Source: an uncultured delta proteobacterium (GTDB lineage Bacteria > Myxococcota_A > UBA9160 > UBA4427). Taken from it: a stretch of DNA of 64,000 nt. The position numbers were made by a program, and so were the translations under genes. The DNA lies in assembly GCA_963822965.1 (NCBI GenBank), contig CAWGJT010000010.1:352001-416000 (forward strand), in the 5' to 3' direction. Below the pieces are notes generated by a model. That model did not search any database and was not told where the DNA came from. It saw only the letters and a list, made by a program, of their open reading frames with translations. This document shows positions 1-12,372 of the stretch, piece after piece. How positions within the stretch are numbered: the first letter of the stretch is position 1; the number at the start of each line of letters is the position of its first letter.

Positions 1-168
1 GAGTCGTGTGATCTCGGCGATGCCCAGCTTCCTGGACGACCTCCGGGAGGCCGTGGACGCGGATCGACGCGGCTAGCTCGGCCTGCTGGCCGCAGGAAGC
101 CGAGGGGCTCGTCAGCCAGGAGGGTGCGAGCCAGCGGACGGGTGTGGGCCCGGCGAGGGGGACGCGGG

Positions 169-1563
169 TTGCTCTACCGGTACAGCGAGGTCTTCCGGAC
201 GCTGCTCGTCCTCGCGGACGGTCTGCTGGTCGCGGCCGCCTGGCTGGCCGCCCGCCAGATCAGCCACCGGCTGGGCTGGTGGCCCGGGGCGGCCGCCGAC
301 GCCCAGGAGCACGCCTGGCTGCTGGTGGCCGTGGTGCCGCTCTTCCTGCTGCTCTTCCGCGGTCGCAGGCTCTACCAGCCCCAGCGTACCGGCTCCCTGC
401 TGCACGAGGCCGGGGGGGTGATCCAGGCGACCGCGATGGGGGTGGTGCTGTTCGTCGCCCTCTCGTTCTTCGCCGGCAGCCCGTTGCGATCCCGGGCGGC
501 CGTGGTCGTGTTCAGCGGCCTGGCGCCGGCCGGGGTGATCGCGTTCCGCTCGGCCGGCCGGGTCGGGCTCCGCGCCCTGCGGCGCCGCGGCAAGAACCTC
601 CGCTTCGTGCTCGTGGTCGGAGCCGGCCAGCTCGCCAAGGAGATCGTCCAGCGCATCCACGCCCATCCCGAGGCCGGGCTGCGGGTGCTCGGCGTCCTGG
701 CGGACGCCGGCCGGGGCGGCCGGGCCAGCCTGGCGGGAATTCCGATCGTCGGCGGGATCGCGCAGCTGAAGGAGGTGCTGCACGCCGGGGACCGCGTCGA
801 CCAGGTGATCATCGCGCTGCCCCAGTCGGAGAACTCCTCGCTCGAGAAGGTGCTGGCGGACCTCGACGACGAGATGGTGAGCGTGAAGCTGGTGCCCGAC
901 CTGCTGCAGGTGACGACCCTTCGCAGCTCCGTCGAGAGCCTGGACGGGCTTCCCATCATCGGGCTGCGGGAGAGCCCGATGGTCGGCTGGGCCGCCGTGA
1001 AGAAGCGCGCCTTCGATCTGGTGGTGTGCGCCGTCGTGGCGCCGCCCGCCGCGGTCCTGGGGCTCGCCATCGCCGCCGGGATCTGGCTCACCTCGGGCCG
1101 GCCGGTCCTGTACCGCCAGGAGCGCACGGGGCTCGACGGTCGCAGCTTCCGGATCCTCAAGTTCCGCTCCATGCGACGGGACGCCGAGGGCCACAGCGGG
1201 CCTGTCTGGAGCCGGCGCGACGACCCGCGCCGCACCCGCCTGGGTGCCTGGCTGCGGCGCTCGAACCTCGACGAGCTGCCGCAGCTCTGGAACGTGATCC
1301 GGGGCGACATGAGTCTCGTCGGGCCGCGTCCCGAGCGCCCGGTCTTCATCGAGGAGTTCCGGCGCGAGATCCCCGGCTACATGCTGCGTCACAAGGTGAA
1401 GGCCGGCCTCACGGGCTGGGCGCAGGTCCACGGCTGGCGCGGCGACACCTCCCTGCACGAGCGGGTGGAGCACGATCTCTACTACGTGCAGAACTGGTCG
1501 CTCGGGCTGGACGTGCGCATCCTGCTGATGACGATCTTTCGCGGCGGTCGCAACGCACACTGA
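169..1563 (+). CDS. Undecaprenyl-phosphate glucose phosphotransferase (WcaJ-like priming sugar transferase)
   Basis: N-terminal TM helices, VLVVGAG Rossmann-like part, C-terminal KFRSM...LDELPQLWNV..GDMSLVGPRPE...GLTGWAQV. TTG at 169 chosen as start; ORF track starts at 124. Confidence 0.92.
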   Translation: MLYRYSEVFRTLLVLADGLLVAAAWLAARQISHRLGWWPGAAADAQEHAWLLVAVVPLFLLLFRGRRLYQPQRTGSLLHEAGGVIQATAMGVVLFVALSFFAGSPLRSRAAVVVFSGLAPAGVIAFRSAGRVGLRALRRRGKNLRFVLVVGAGQLAKEIVQRIHAHPEAGLRVLGVLADAGRGGRASLAGIPIVGGIAQLKEVLHAGDRVDQVIIALPQSENSSLEKVLADLDDEMVSVKLVPDLLQVTTLRSSVESLDGLPIIGLRESPMVGWAAVKKRAFDLVVCAVVAPPAAVLGLAIAAGIWLTSGRPVLYRQERTGLDGRSFRILKFRSMRRDAEGHSGPVWSRRDDPRRTRLGAWLRRSNLDELPQLWNVIRGDMSLVGPRPERPVFIEEFRREIPGYMLRHKVKAGLTGWAQVHGWRGDTSLHERVEHDLYYVQNWSLGLDVRILLMTIFRGGRNAH

Positions 1564-1584
1564 TCGCAACCGGCGCGTGCCCGT

Positions 1585-1720
1585 CCCGGTCGGCCCGCGC
1601 GACCGAAGAGTTCCGGGTCGGCCCGCGCGGCAGAAGAGTTCCGGGTCGGCCCGCGCGACCGAAGAACTCCCGGTCGGCCCGCGCGACCGAAGAACTCCCG
1701 GTCGGCCCGCGCGACCGAAG
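1585..1720. repeat. About 5 tandem copies of a 28-bp unit with an internal palindrome
   Basis: Unit CC(C/G)GGTCGGCCCGCGCGACCGAAGA(G/A)(T/C)T at 1585, 1613, 1641, 1669 and 1697 (partial). No spacers. Lies between convergent genes. Confidence 0.95.
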
Positions 1721-1724
1721 CCGC

Positions 1725-2912
1725 TCAGCGATGGGCTTCGAGGAAGCGGACCACCGTCTCGACGACGCGTTCGATCTGCGAGCGCTCCAGGCTGGGACGC
1801 ATGGGCAGGCAGAGGCTCTCCCGGGCGGCGGCCTCGGTCTCCGGCAGGGCCTCGTCCGCCGGCGTGAGCGCCCGGAAGCAGGGCTGCTGGTGCAGGCCCA
1901 GGGGGTAGTAGATGCGCGTTCCGATGCCCTGGGTCGCGAGCTCCCGCTGGAGCGGGTCGCGCAGGCGGGCGGGGACACGGATCGCGTACTGGTGGTAGAC
2001 GGGCTCGCCGCCGGTCGGGGCGACGGCCGGCGTCGAGAGGGGAAGCCGCAGGGACTCGAGCTCGGCCCCGTGCCGACCCACCCCGGCGCCGGCCTCGGCG
2101 AAGCAGGCGTCGTAGTGCGCGGCGTGGCGCCGGCGGGTCTCGTTCCACGCGTCCGTGTGTCCGAGCTTCACGCGCAGGACCGCCGCCTGCAGCGCGTCCA
2201 GGCGCGAGTTGATTCCGGCCTCGAGGTGGAAGTACTCCTCGCGGGCGCCGTGGACGCGCAGCACCCGCAGGCGCTCGGCGAGCCCGGCGTCGTCGGTCAC
2301 GACGATGCCCGCGTCCCCGAACGCCCCCAGGTTCTTGGTCGGGTAGAGGCTGAAGCAGGCGACCCGACCGGCTGCGCCGGCCCGCCTTCCCTGGGCGTCC
2401 CGCGCGCCGACGGACTGCGCGGTGTCGGCCACCACCGGCACGCCGAGCTCCTCGCCCAGGGCGAGGAACGACTCCATGTCGGCCATCTGCCCGAAGAGGT
2501 CCACGGGGATCAGCGCGCGCAGCTGCGAGCAGCGGGCCGCCGCCTTGCGCGCCTGCTCGGGGTCCAGGTTGAAGCTGCGGGGATCGATGTCCGCGAAGAC
2601 CGGCGTTCCTCCCAGCCGCGTGATGGCGCTGGCCGTGGCGAAGAACGTGTAGGCGGGGCAGACGACCTGATCTCCCGGTCGCAGGTCCAGCGCCATCAGG
2701 GAGAGCAGCAGGGCGTCGGAGCCCGATGCGCAGCCCACGCCGTAGCCGGTGCCGCAGTAGCGTGCGAACTCGGCTTCGAATGCCTCCACCTCGGGGCCGA
2801 GCACGAAGCGCTGGCTCTCGATCACCCGCCGCAGGGCCGCCTCGATCTCCGGCTGGAGGGGGCGGTTCTCGGCCGCGAGGTCCAGCAGCGGAATGGGGTC
2901 GTAGGCGTTCAT
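1725..2912 (-). CDS. DegT/DnrJ/EryC1/StrS family PLP-dependent aminotransferase
   Basis: IPLLDL, ASGSDAL, DTAQS, FSLYPTKNLGAFGDAG, NSRLDALQAA motifs; ATG at 2912. Confidence 0.93.
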   Translation of the reverse strand: MNAYDPIPLLDLAAENRPLQPEIEAALRRVIESQRFVLGPEVEAFEAEFARYCGTGYGVGCASGSDALLLSLMALDLRPGDQVVCPAYTFFATASAITRLGGTPVFADIDPRSFNLDPEQARKAAARCSQLRALIPVDLFGQMADMESFLALGEELGVPVVADTAQSVGARDAQGRRAGAAGRVACFSLYPTKNLGAFGDAGIVVTDDAGLAERLRVLRVHGAREEYFHLEAGINSRLDALQAAVLRVKLGHTDAWNETRRRHAAHYDACFAEAGAGVGRHGAELESLRLPLSTPAVAPTGGEPVYHQYAIRVPARLRDPLQRELATQGIGTRIYYPLGLHQQPCFRALTPADEALPETEAAARESLCLPMRPSLERSQIERVVETVVRFLEAHR

Positions 2913-2938
2913 CGAGGCCAGAGCATGCCACAAGCGGC

Positions 2939-4069
2939 TCAGCCGATGGGGGTCGAATCGAGTAGCGCGATCTCGGCGCGCAGCTCGCGCCGGAACCGCT
3001 CCCGACCGAAGCCCTCGGCCCAGCGCCGGATCACCGCCGGCTCGAAGCGCCCCTCCGCCGCCTCGAAGCGCAGCACCGCTTCGGCCAGCGCCTCGGAATC
3101 CTGTGCCCCGAAGAAGATTCCGGTGGCCCCGGGCCCGCCGGCGTCGCCGTCCAGGGGCCGTACCGAGTCGAGGACTCCCCCGCGGCCGAACGCGATCACG
3201 GGCCGGCCGGCGGCCTGGGCCTCCACGGCGACGATCCCGAAGTCCTCGTCCTGGGGGTGCACGAGGGCCCGACAGCCCTGGTAGAGGGCCAGCAGCTCGG
3301 CGTCGGAGATCCGACCCCGGAACTCCACGTTCGGCGGCGCACCGCGCTGCAGCCCGGGTCGCGTGGGACCGTCGCCCGCGACGAGCAGGCGTCTTCCTGC
3401 GAGCCGCCGGAAGGCCTCGATGGCCAGGTCCTCGCGCTTGTAGGGGACGAATCCTCCCACCAGCAGGTAGTAGTCGCCGGCCGCACCGCGCGGGTCGGGC
3501 CGGATGCGCTCGGTGTCCACCGGCGGGTGCACGACGTTCGCCCGGCGCTGGTAGTGGCGCTCGATGCGGCCGCGAACCGCCCGGGAGCTGGCGACGAAGC
3601 GATGCACGCGATCGGGCCCGCTGGTCCTGCGGTCGAAGCGCTGCAGGTAGGAGACCAGGGGCCGCGACAGCCAGCGGCGCGCCCCCTGCCCGAGGTAGGC
3701 GTCCTGCTGGTCCCACACGTATCGCATGGGGGTCAGGCAGTAGCAGAGGTGGCGCGCGCCCGGTGCGGCGCGCACGCCCTTGGCGACCGCGTGGCTGCAC
3801 GAGACCACGCGCTCGTAGCCCGACAGGTCGAAGCGCTCGATGGCGGCGGGGAAGAGGGGCAGGAAGAGCCGGTAGTGTCGCGCGATTCCGGGGAGTCGGG
3901 AGAGGAAGCTCGCGTGGATCGGATGCTCCTCGATCGTCGCCGAGGTGGCGCCCGGAACGTGAATGAGCGTGAAGAGATCGGCCTTCGGATGGAGCGCGCA
4001 CAGCTCCTCGAGGACGCGCTCGCCGCCGCGCATGCCGGTGAGCCAGTCGTGGACCAGGGCGACGCGCAC
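2939..4069 (-). CDS. Glycosyltransferase family 4
   Basis: MRVALVHDWLTGMRGGERVL; EDFGIVAVEAQAAGRPV (ExxxxxxxE). Confidence 0.93.
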   Translation of the reverse strand: MRVALVHDWLTGMRGGERVLEELCALHPKADLFTLIHVPGATSATIEEHPIHASFLSRLPGIARHYRLFLPLFPAAIERFDLSGYERVVSCSHAVAKGVRAAPGARHLCYCLTPMRYVWDQQDAYLGQGARRWLSRPLVSYLQRFDRRTSGPDRVHRFVASSRAVRGRIERHYQRRANVVHPPVDTERIRPDPRGAAGDYYLLVGGFVPYKREDLAIEAFRRLAGRRLLVAGDGPTRPGLQRGAPPNVEFRGRISDAELLALYQGCRALVHPQDEDFGIVAVEAQAAGRPVIAFGRGGVLDSVRPLDGDAGGPGATGIFFGAQDSEALAEAVLRFEAAEGRFEPAVIRRWAEGFGRERFRRELRAEIALLDSTPIG

Positions 4070-4075
4070 CCGGCG

Positions 4076-6463
<2,388 letters not shown>

Positions 6464-6697
6464 TGGGGGCCCTCCGGGGGCGCAACCGTAGGCACCCCGC
6501 CTACCGGGTCAACCGCAAGCCCGGGAAACGGGCGAAAACAGGAGGCGAGCGGGCCGGGGTAGTCGCGGAGCGTCCCGAGGGGGCTCGACGAGTCCCCATC
6601 CCGGCCGGATTCGCTATCCCCCCGCGATGCACGCTCGGCAGCCCCCGGGCGCTCTGTGCGATCCCGGGAGAGGAATGCTCCGATCGGTCCCCGCCCG

Positions 6698-7660
6698 ATG
6701 CGGATTCGCGCGGCGACTCCCTCGGCGGGGACCGGCGGCCAGGAAGCCCGACGGGGACCTGCGGCCTTGAGACAGGCCTCGAGAAGTGAAGGGCCCCGCG
6801 AGCGACCCGAGGAGGTCGAGTCGGGCGGCCCCTGGCCGTTCGTGACGTTTCGGATCTACCGATTCCGGGACGGTTCGCACCGCGTCTGGCATTCCCGGGC
6901 GCACCGAAAGGGTCTGCGCCCCGAGACGCCGGAACGTCGGGTGCTCCTGGGCACGCGCCTGCGCGGTGGGCTGTGGAACCCGTCGAGCCTCAACTGGTGG
7001 ATCGGCGTCGTCTTCGCGCTGGGCGCCCTGGGCTTTCTGGTGGGGAGCCTGGGAGGCCTGGCTCCCCGGCCCGAGCTGGACGGCCTGCTCGATGCGGCGA
7101 CCAGCAACCGGGTCTTCTTCGCGGCGTCGATCCCGTTCGCGGTGGCCGCCTACCTGCAGCTCTTCCAGGCGGCCAATGCGCGCGGGCTGCCGCCGGCCGG
7201 CGGGGCGGCCCGCGGCCACACGGCCTGGCTCGGATGGCGCCCGAGCGACATCGGTTGGCTGTCCTGTGCGCTGCAGTTCGCGGGGACGCTCCTGTTCAAC
7301 GTCAACACCTTCGACGCGATGCTCCCCCACCTGGACTGGCTCCAGCAGGACACGGCCATCTGGGCGCCGGACCTCGTGGGCTCGGTGCTCTTCCTGACGT
7401 CGGGGTACCTGGCGTTCGTGGAGAGCTGTCACGCCCACCTCGCCTGGCGCCCGGGCAGCCTCGCCTGGTGGACGACGGGCGTGAATCTCCTCGGCTGCGT
7501 CGCCTTCATGGTCGCGGCGTTCTTCGCCTTCGTCCCGGCGCACCCGATGCAGCTGGAGGCCTCGAGCCTCGCCCTCGTGTTCACGGGAATCGGAGCGGGC
7601 GCCTTCCTGGTCGGCTCCCTGCTGATGCTGCCGGAGTCCGCGGTGCCGGCCGCGCCGTGA
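6698..7660 (+). CDS. Multi-pass membrane protein, YrhK-like
   Basis: About 6 hydrophobic helices with repeated G-x-x-F-x-x-GS ends (GFLVGS, GSVLFL, GAFLVGS). Start uncertain. Confidence 0.65.
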   Translation: MRIRAATPSAGTGGQEARRGPAALRQASRSEGPRERPEEVESGGPWPFVTFRIYRFRDGSHRVWHSRAHRKGLRPETPERRVLLGTRLRGGLWNPSSLNWWIGVVFALGALGFLVGSLGGLAPRPELDGLLDAATSNRVFFAASIPFAVAAYLQLFQAANARGLPPAGGAARGHTAWLGWRPSDIGWLSCALQFAGTLLFNVNTFDAMLPHLDWLQQDTAIWAPDLVGSVLFLTSGYLAFVESCHAHLAWRPGSLAWWTTGVNLLGCVAFMVAAFFAFVPAHPMQLEASSLALVFTGIGAGAFLVGSLLMLPESAVPAAP

Positions 7661-7765
7661 GCGGGCTCGCGGTGGGTGCTCGAACGCGGGCCCGGCAGGC
7701 GTGCCGCGGCGCGGCACCCCGCGCTCGCACGGGACGCTCGAATCGCTGCAGAAGCGTTGGGGAGG

Positions 7766-7852
7766 TGGTGCCCGGGACTGGAGTCGAACCAGCACGTCCT
7801 TGCGAACACCAGGTCCTGAACCTGGCGCGTCTACCAATTCCGCCACCCGGGC
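7766..7852 (-). tRNA. tRNA-Leu(CAG)
   Basis: Reverse complement GCCCGGGTGGCGGAATTGGTAGACGCG-CCAGG-TTCAGGA-CCTGG, long variable arm, GGTTCGACTCC, ends in encoded CCA; 87 nt. Confidence 0.97.
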
Positions 7853-7886
7853 GCGCGGCGGAGACTACGCGGCGCCCCGGAAATCG

Positions 7887-9890
7887 TCAATCGGACCCGC
7901 CCAGGTCTGCCAGGGCCGCCATCTCGTCGCTCAGCCGCTCCCACTCCGCGTACCGCTCCGCCACCCGGGCCTCGAGATCGTGCCGGGCCTGGGTCAGCTC
8001 GCGCATGCGATCCACGTCCTTGTAGAGGTCGGGATCGCCGAGCTTCCAGCCGAGGGATTCGACCTCGCCCTCGGCGTCCTGGATCTCCGCCTCGAGCCGC
8101 TCGATCTGCCTGGCCAGGCGGTCCCGCAGCTTGCGGCGCTCGCGCTCCTCCTGCCGTTCGCGCTTGTCGCGCTTGCCCGGCTTCGGCGCCGTGGGTGCCG
8201 TGGGCGCGGCCGCCGCGGCGGGGGAGGGCGGTGTCGCCTCGCGGGGCGGCGCGGGCGCGGCGCTGCGCGCTTCCAGCTCGGCCGTCCGCCGCAGGTAGTC
8301 GTCGTAGTTGCCCGGGAACTCGCGCAGCACGCCCGCCTTCACCTCCACCACCCGGGTGGCGAGGGCGTTGATGAAGCTGCGGTCGTGGGAGACGAACACG
8401 AGGGTTCCCTGGTACTGCGAGAGCGCTTCCTCGAGCACCTCGCACGCTTCGATGTCCAGGTGGTTCGTCGGCTCGTCGAGCACGAGCAGGTTGCGCGGGT
8501 GCAGCAGCATCTTGGCGAGGGCCAGCCGCGCCTTCTCGCCGCCCGAGAGCACGCCCACCTTCTTCTCCACGTCGTCTCCCGTGAAGAGGAACGCCCCGAG
8601 GTGCCCGCGCAGGCGCGGGACGTCGCCGAGCTCGGCGACGCTGCCCAGCTCGTCGATCACGCTGCGCGACGGGTCCAGGCTCTCCAGCTGGTGCTGTGCG
8701 TAGAAGCCGATCTGCACGTTGTGACCCGGCGTTCGCGTGCCGGAGTCGAAGCCGATCACGCCCGCCACCAGCCGCAGCAGGGTGGACTTGCCCGCTCCGT
8801 TCGGTCCCGCCAGGGCGACTCGTTCCCCGCGTTGCACCTGGAACGACACGCCGTCGTAGACCCGCTTGTCGCCGTAGGACTTGTGGACGTCGGCCAGGGT
8901 CATGACGATCTCGCCCGCTCGCTGGGGCGCCGGGATGCGCATCCGCATCCTGCGCCGCCCCTCGGAGCCCACCTCGATGCGCTCGATCTTCTCGAGCGCC
9001 TTGATGCGGCTCTGGGCCTGCTTCGCCTTGGACGCCTTGGCGCGGAAGCGCTCGACGAAGCGCTCCATCTGGGCGATCTCGCGGTCCTGCTTCGCCTTGG
9101 CGGCCAGCAGGCTCGCGCGTCGCTCCCCGCGCTGGGCGAGATAGCTGTCGTAGTTGCCCTCGTAGCACGCGAAGCCGCCCCGGCCGTCGAGCTCCGCGAC
9201 CCGGCTCACGTGCCGGCGCAGGAAGGTGCGGTCGTGGGATACGGTGATCACGGCGCCCGCGAACCCGTCGAGGGTCTCCTCGAACCACCGGATCGCGGGC
9301 AGGTCCAGGTGGTTCGTCGGCTCGTCGAGGAGCAGGACGTCGGGGTTCGCGAGCAGCAGCTTCGCCAGCTCGACCCGCATGAGCCAGCCGCCGCTGAACG
9401 ACGAGAGGGGGCGACCGCGGGCCTCTGCGTCGAAGCCGAGCCCGGCGAGCACCGCCTCCACCCGGGCGTGGCGCTCGAAGCCGCCCCCGGTCTCGAATTG
9501 CGTCGACGCCGCGTGGTATCGCTCGGCCAGCTCGGCCGGAACCTCGCGACCGGCGGCCCCCGCCTCGCTCATGGCGCCCTCGAGCGAACGCATCTCCGCT
9601 TCCAGCAGGTCGAGATGGCGCAGTGCGCTCGCCGCCTCTTCCTGGACCGAGTGTCCCTGGGCCGGGTCGATCTCCTGGCGGAGCACGCCGAGGGTCACGT
9701 TCCGGGGTCGCGAGACGCTGCCTTCGTCGCACGGCTCGTCGCCGGCCACGATCCGCAAGAGGGTGGACTTGCCCGCGCCGTTCGGGCCCACCAGCCCGAT
9801 GCGGTCCCCGGCCTGCACGTGCAGCGACACGCCTTCGAACAGGGTGCGGCCGCCGATGCGCTTGCAGAGATCGTCGATGCGCAGCAGCAC
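7887..9890 (-). CDS. ABC-F family ATP-binding protein
   Basis: Two GPNGAGKST Walker A motifs, FSGGW/LSGGE signatures, LDEPTNHLD twice, no TM segments, C-terminal coiled coil. Confidence 0.95.
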   Translation of the reverse strand: MLLRIDDLCKRIGGRTLFEGVSLHVQAGDRIGLVGPNGAGKSTLLRIVAGDEPCDEGSVSRPRNVTLGVLRQEIDPAQGHSVQEEAASALRHLDLLEAEMRSLEGAMSEAGAAGREVPAELAERYHAASTQFETGGGFERHARVEAVLAGLGFDAEARGRPLSSFSGGWLMRVELAKLLLANPDVLLLDEPTNHLDLPAIRWFEETLDGFAGAVITVSHDRTFLRRHVSRVAELDGRGGFACYEGNYDSYLAQRGERRASLLAAKAKQDREIAQMERFVERFRAKASKAKQAQSRIKALEKIERIEVGSEGRRRMRMRIPAPQRAGEIVMTLADVHKSYGDKRVYDGVSFQVQRGERVALAGPNGAGKSTLLRLVAGVIGFDSGTRTPGHNVQIGFYAQHQLESLDPSRSVIDELGSVAELGDVPRLRGHLGAFLFTGDDVEKKVGVLSGGEKARLALAKMLLHPRNLLVLDEPTNHLDIEACEVLEEALSQYQGTLVFVSHDRSFINALATRVVEVKAGVLREFPGNYDDYLRRTAELEARSAAPAPPREATPPSPAAAAAPTAPTAPKPGKRDKRERQEERERRKLRDRLARQIERLEAEIQDAEGEVESLGWKLGDPDLYKDVDRMRELTQARHDLEARVAERYAEWERLSDEMAALADLGGSD

Positions 9891-9898
9891 GAGGGGAT

Positions 9899-10270
9899 CT
9901 ACTCGGCCGGCTCGACCGGCGGCGGAGGCCGCAGGCAGAAGATGCCCGCGGCAAGGGCGAAGACGATGCCGGTCTGGGTGCGGCCCTGCTCGAGGGCCAC
10001 GAAGGCCCCGAGCAGCGCGATCCCGAACGCGGACGCCCAGGCGCACGCCACCAGGGTGACCCGCGTCCCGGTGGAGATCACCGGCGAGGTGGAGGCGCGA
10101 CGACAGACGATGCTTCCGACGGCCAGGACCACGGCCAGGGTGGTGGTCGTGGGGTCGGGCGGCGGCTCTTCGTCCGGGCTCGGCTGGATCGCGCTCAGCA
10201 CGGCGCACGCCGCGATCATGGCGAGGACGGTCCGGTGCGTGTTGCGGAGCGTTCGGTCGAGGGGGCTCAT
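9899..10270 (-). CDS. Small hypothetical membrane protein
   Basis: 123-aa ORF with about 4 hydrophobic segments, ending 8 bp before the ABC-F start. Confidence 0.6.
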   Translation of the reverse strand: MSPLDRTLRNTHRTVLAMIAACAVLSAIQPSPDEEPPPDPTTTTLAVVLAVGSIVCRRASTSPVISTGTRVTLVACAWASAFGIALLGAFVALEQGRTQTGIVFALAAGIFCLRPPPPVEPAE

Positions 10271-10364
10271 GGGCGGGCCAATCTACCAGGCCCGCGGGCG
10301 GCCGCGAGCCGGGGCCCCCGGACGCTGGCGGAGCCCGGCGCCGTCGCGCATTCTTGACCCCATC

Positions 10365-10814
10365 ATGCGGCTTTCGCTCCAGGTCCACTACGCCATCTGC
10401 GGGATCTTCGACCTGGCCTACAACGGTCAGGGCGAGCTCGTGCAGGTGCGCGTGATCGGCGAGCGACAGGGCATCCCCACGCGCTACCTCGAGCAGATCT
10501 TCCAGCGTCTGCGCAAGGCCGACCTCATCGTCGGCAAGCGCGGGCCGGGCGGCGGCTACACCCTGGCGCGGCCTCCGTCGAAGATCACCTTGCAGGAGGT
10601 GGTCGAGGCGGTCGAAGGACCCCTGGCCGAGCCCGAGGGCTGGGGGAAGGAACCGGCGGCCGGGCGGGACTACCGTCCCGACTTCCTGTGGACCGAGCTG
10701 GCGGCCGGCTTCTCGCGGGTGCTGTCCGAGGCCACTCTCGAGCAGGTCTGCCGCCGGGCCGCCCAGACCGCCGTGCGGCGAGCGCACCCCGAGGCCCTGA
10801 CGTATCAGATCTGA
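10365..10814 (+). CDS. Rrf2 family transcriptional regulator (IscR/CymR-like, no Cys triad)
   Basis: RQGIPTRYLEQIFQRLRKADLIVGKRGPGGGYTLARPP. Confidence 0.93.
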   Translation: MRLSLQVHYAICGIFDLAYNGQGELVQVRVIGERQGIPTRYLEQIFQRLRKADLIVGKRGPGGGYTLARPPSKITLQEVVEAVEGPLAEPEGWGKEPAAGRDYRPDFLWTELAAGFSRVLSEATLEQVCRRAAQTAVRRAHPEALTYQI

Positions 10815-10815
10815 G

Positions 10816-11322
10816 ATGCGAGACCCGATTTCCGTCGACACGCAGGCTCGTCCGCTCTCGATGCCGGGAAGGCTGCTCAACGAGCTGTGCGCCCACGCCC
10901 TCGAGACGCGCCCGGAGGAGTGCTGCGGCCTGGTGACCGGCGTGCCCGAGGATCGCTTCCGGCGCGTGCATCGCTGCCGCAACACCATGACGCTGCAGCA
11001 CCAGAACGACCCCGCCAGCTATCCGCGCGACGGCCGCGAGGCCTACTACATGAGCGAGGTGGACTATCTCCGGGCGCTGAAGGACGCGGAGAGCCAGGGC
11101 GAGACGGTCACCGCCGTCTATCACTCGCACGTGGCCGCGGGCGTCTACCTGTCGCAGATGGACCAGGACTTCGCCGACCACGAGCTGTTCCCGTTTCCCC
11201 GCGCTGCGCAGATCGTGGTGGCCGTGGGCGCCAACGCCGTCGATCGCGTCCTCGGCGTGGGCATCTTCGAGCGCGACACCCGGGGACTCTTTCGCGGCCG
11301 CCCGCTGGAGGCCGAGGCATGA
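10816..11322 (+). CDS. JAB/MPN+ (M67) metalloprotease, Mec-like
   Basis: PEECCG plus an intact JAMM motif HSH-x7-S-x2-D (HSHVAAGVYLSQMD). Confidence 0.88.
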   Translation: MRDPISVDTQARPLSMPGRLLNELCAHALETRPEECCGLVTGVPEDRFRRVHRCRNTMTLQHQNDPASYPRDGREAYYMSEVDYLRALKDAESQGETVTAVYHSHVAAGVYLSQMDQDFADHELFPFPRAAQIVVAVGANAVDRVLGVGIFERDTRGLFRGRPLEAEA

Positions 11323-12350
11323 GGATGCGGCAGGCGAGCGCGATTGCCGGGCTGCTGATGCTGGCGGGCCTGCTGCACTCGGGCTGCGCGGGGGTGATGG
11401 GGCTCGGCCTGAGCGAGCTGCCGGCGGACCCCATCGCCGTCACGTACTGGGAGCCCGAGGACGCACGACGCCGGGCCGAGGTGCTCCAGCAGCAGCAGGA
11501 GCGCGCTCAGAAGGTCGGCGTCGCCGAGGTGGAGGACATCGGCCGGCTGCTCGGCGCGCACCAGGAGCGGGGCAGCCTGGCCCGGTATCCGGGCCGGCTC
11601 TCGTTCGTGGATCCCCGCACCGCCGAGGTGCGCACCGTTCCCCAGGTGCCGCCGGGCGCGGTGCCTCTCGGCTGGTCCGACGACCACGACCGGCTCCTCT
11701 TTCTGAGCAACCATCGCGGCGCGATCCAGGTGTTCGAGTACACCCGCTCGAGCCAGGAGGTGAGACAGGTCTCCTTCGGCAGGGAGCCCTTCCTGTACGC
11801 CTCCTACGGCCGCGGCCGCCAGATCGCCCTGATGGCGATCGCGACCGAGGGGAGCCGGCAGTACGAGCGGGTCTACGTGACGAACCCGGAGGGAGGGGCT
11901 CCGAGGCTGGTCTTCGAGGACCGGCACGCCGAGTCCATCCGGCTCTCCCCGGACGGCCGGACGCTGCTCTACGTGCGCCGTAGGGCGGTGGGCTCCGATC
12001 GTCCCGAGCGCGCCTCGGAGCTCGTCTCCCTCGATCTGGAGACCGGCGAGGAGCGGGACCTGGGGCCCGGGCGCGAGCCCTCGTTCTCGCCCACCGGCGA
12101 TTGGATCGTGTACAGTGCGCCCACCCGAGACGGCTGGCGGCTCCGACGGATGCGGCCGGACGGGTCGGCCCGATCACCCGTCACCTCGGGAATTCGCGAC
12201 GAGACCCTGCCCGCCGTCTCACCGGACGGGCGGTTCGTCGCCTATGTCGGCGAGACCGGCGGGCTCGATCGATTGTTCGTACGGCGCATCGACGGCAGCG
12301 GTGATCGCATCCTGCTGGACGCCGGCGCCGTGTTCGCCCCGGTCTGGTAG
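11319..12350 (+). CDS. TolB-like (PD40 repeat) lipoprotein
   Basis: Signal peptide ending LHSGC; SPDGR, PSFSPTG and PAVSPDGR repeats; ATGA overlap with the previous stop. Confidence 0.8.
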   Translation: MRMRQASAIAGLLMLAGLLHSGCAGVMGLGLSELPADPIAVTYWEPEDARRRAEVLQQQQERAQKVGVAEVEDIGRLLGAHQERGSLARYPGRLSFVDPRTAEVRTVPQVPPGAVPLGWSDDHDRLLFLSNHRGAIQVFEYTRSSQEVRQVSFGREPFLYASYGRGRQIALMAIATEGSRQYERVYVTNPEGGAPRLVFEDRHAESIRLSPDGRTLLYVRRRAVGSDRPERASELVSLDLETGEERDLGPGREPSFSPTGDWIVYSAPTRDGWRLRRMRPDGSARSPVTSGIRDETLPAVSPDGRFVAYVGETGGLDRLFVRRIDGSGDRILLDAGAVFAPVW

Positions 12351-12372
12351 GCCTCGTTCAGGGAGAAGCAGC

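Noticed and set aside
1..76. 3' end of an upstream plus-strand CDS (stop at 74-76)
   Set aside because: Too short to assign.
1585..1720. CRISPR array (28-bp palindromic repeats)
   Set aside because: Units are contiguous with no unique spacers, and there are no cas genes in the window.
6510..6560. c-di-GMP-I riboswitch-like GCAAGCCCG-GGAAA-CGGGC hairpin
   Set aside because: Only one short stem matches; the GCAAA junction and second stem are not recognisable.
6464..7852. Island integrated at tRNA-Leu
   Set aside because: No integrase and no duplicated tRNA 3' end seen.
10816..11322. JAB protein as part of a CBASS or ubiquitin-like defence system
   Set aside because: No CD-NTase, E1/E2 or effector nearby; the context (Rrf2, sat) points to sulfur metabolism.
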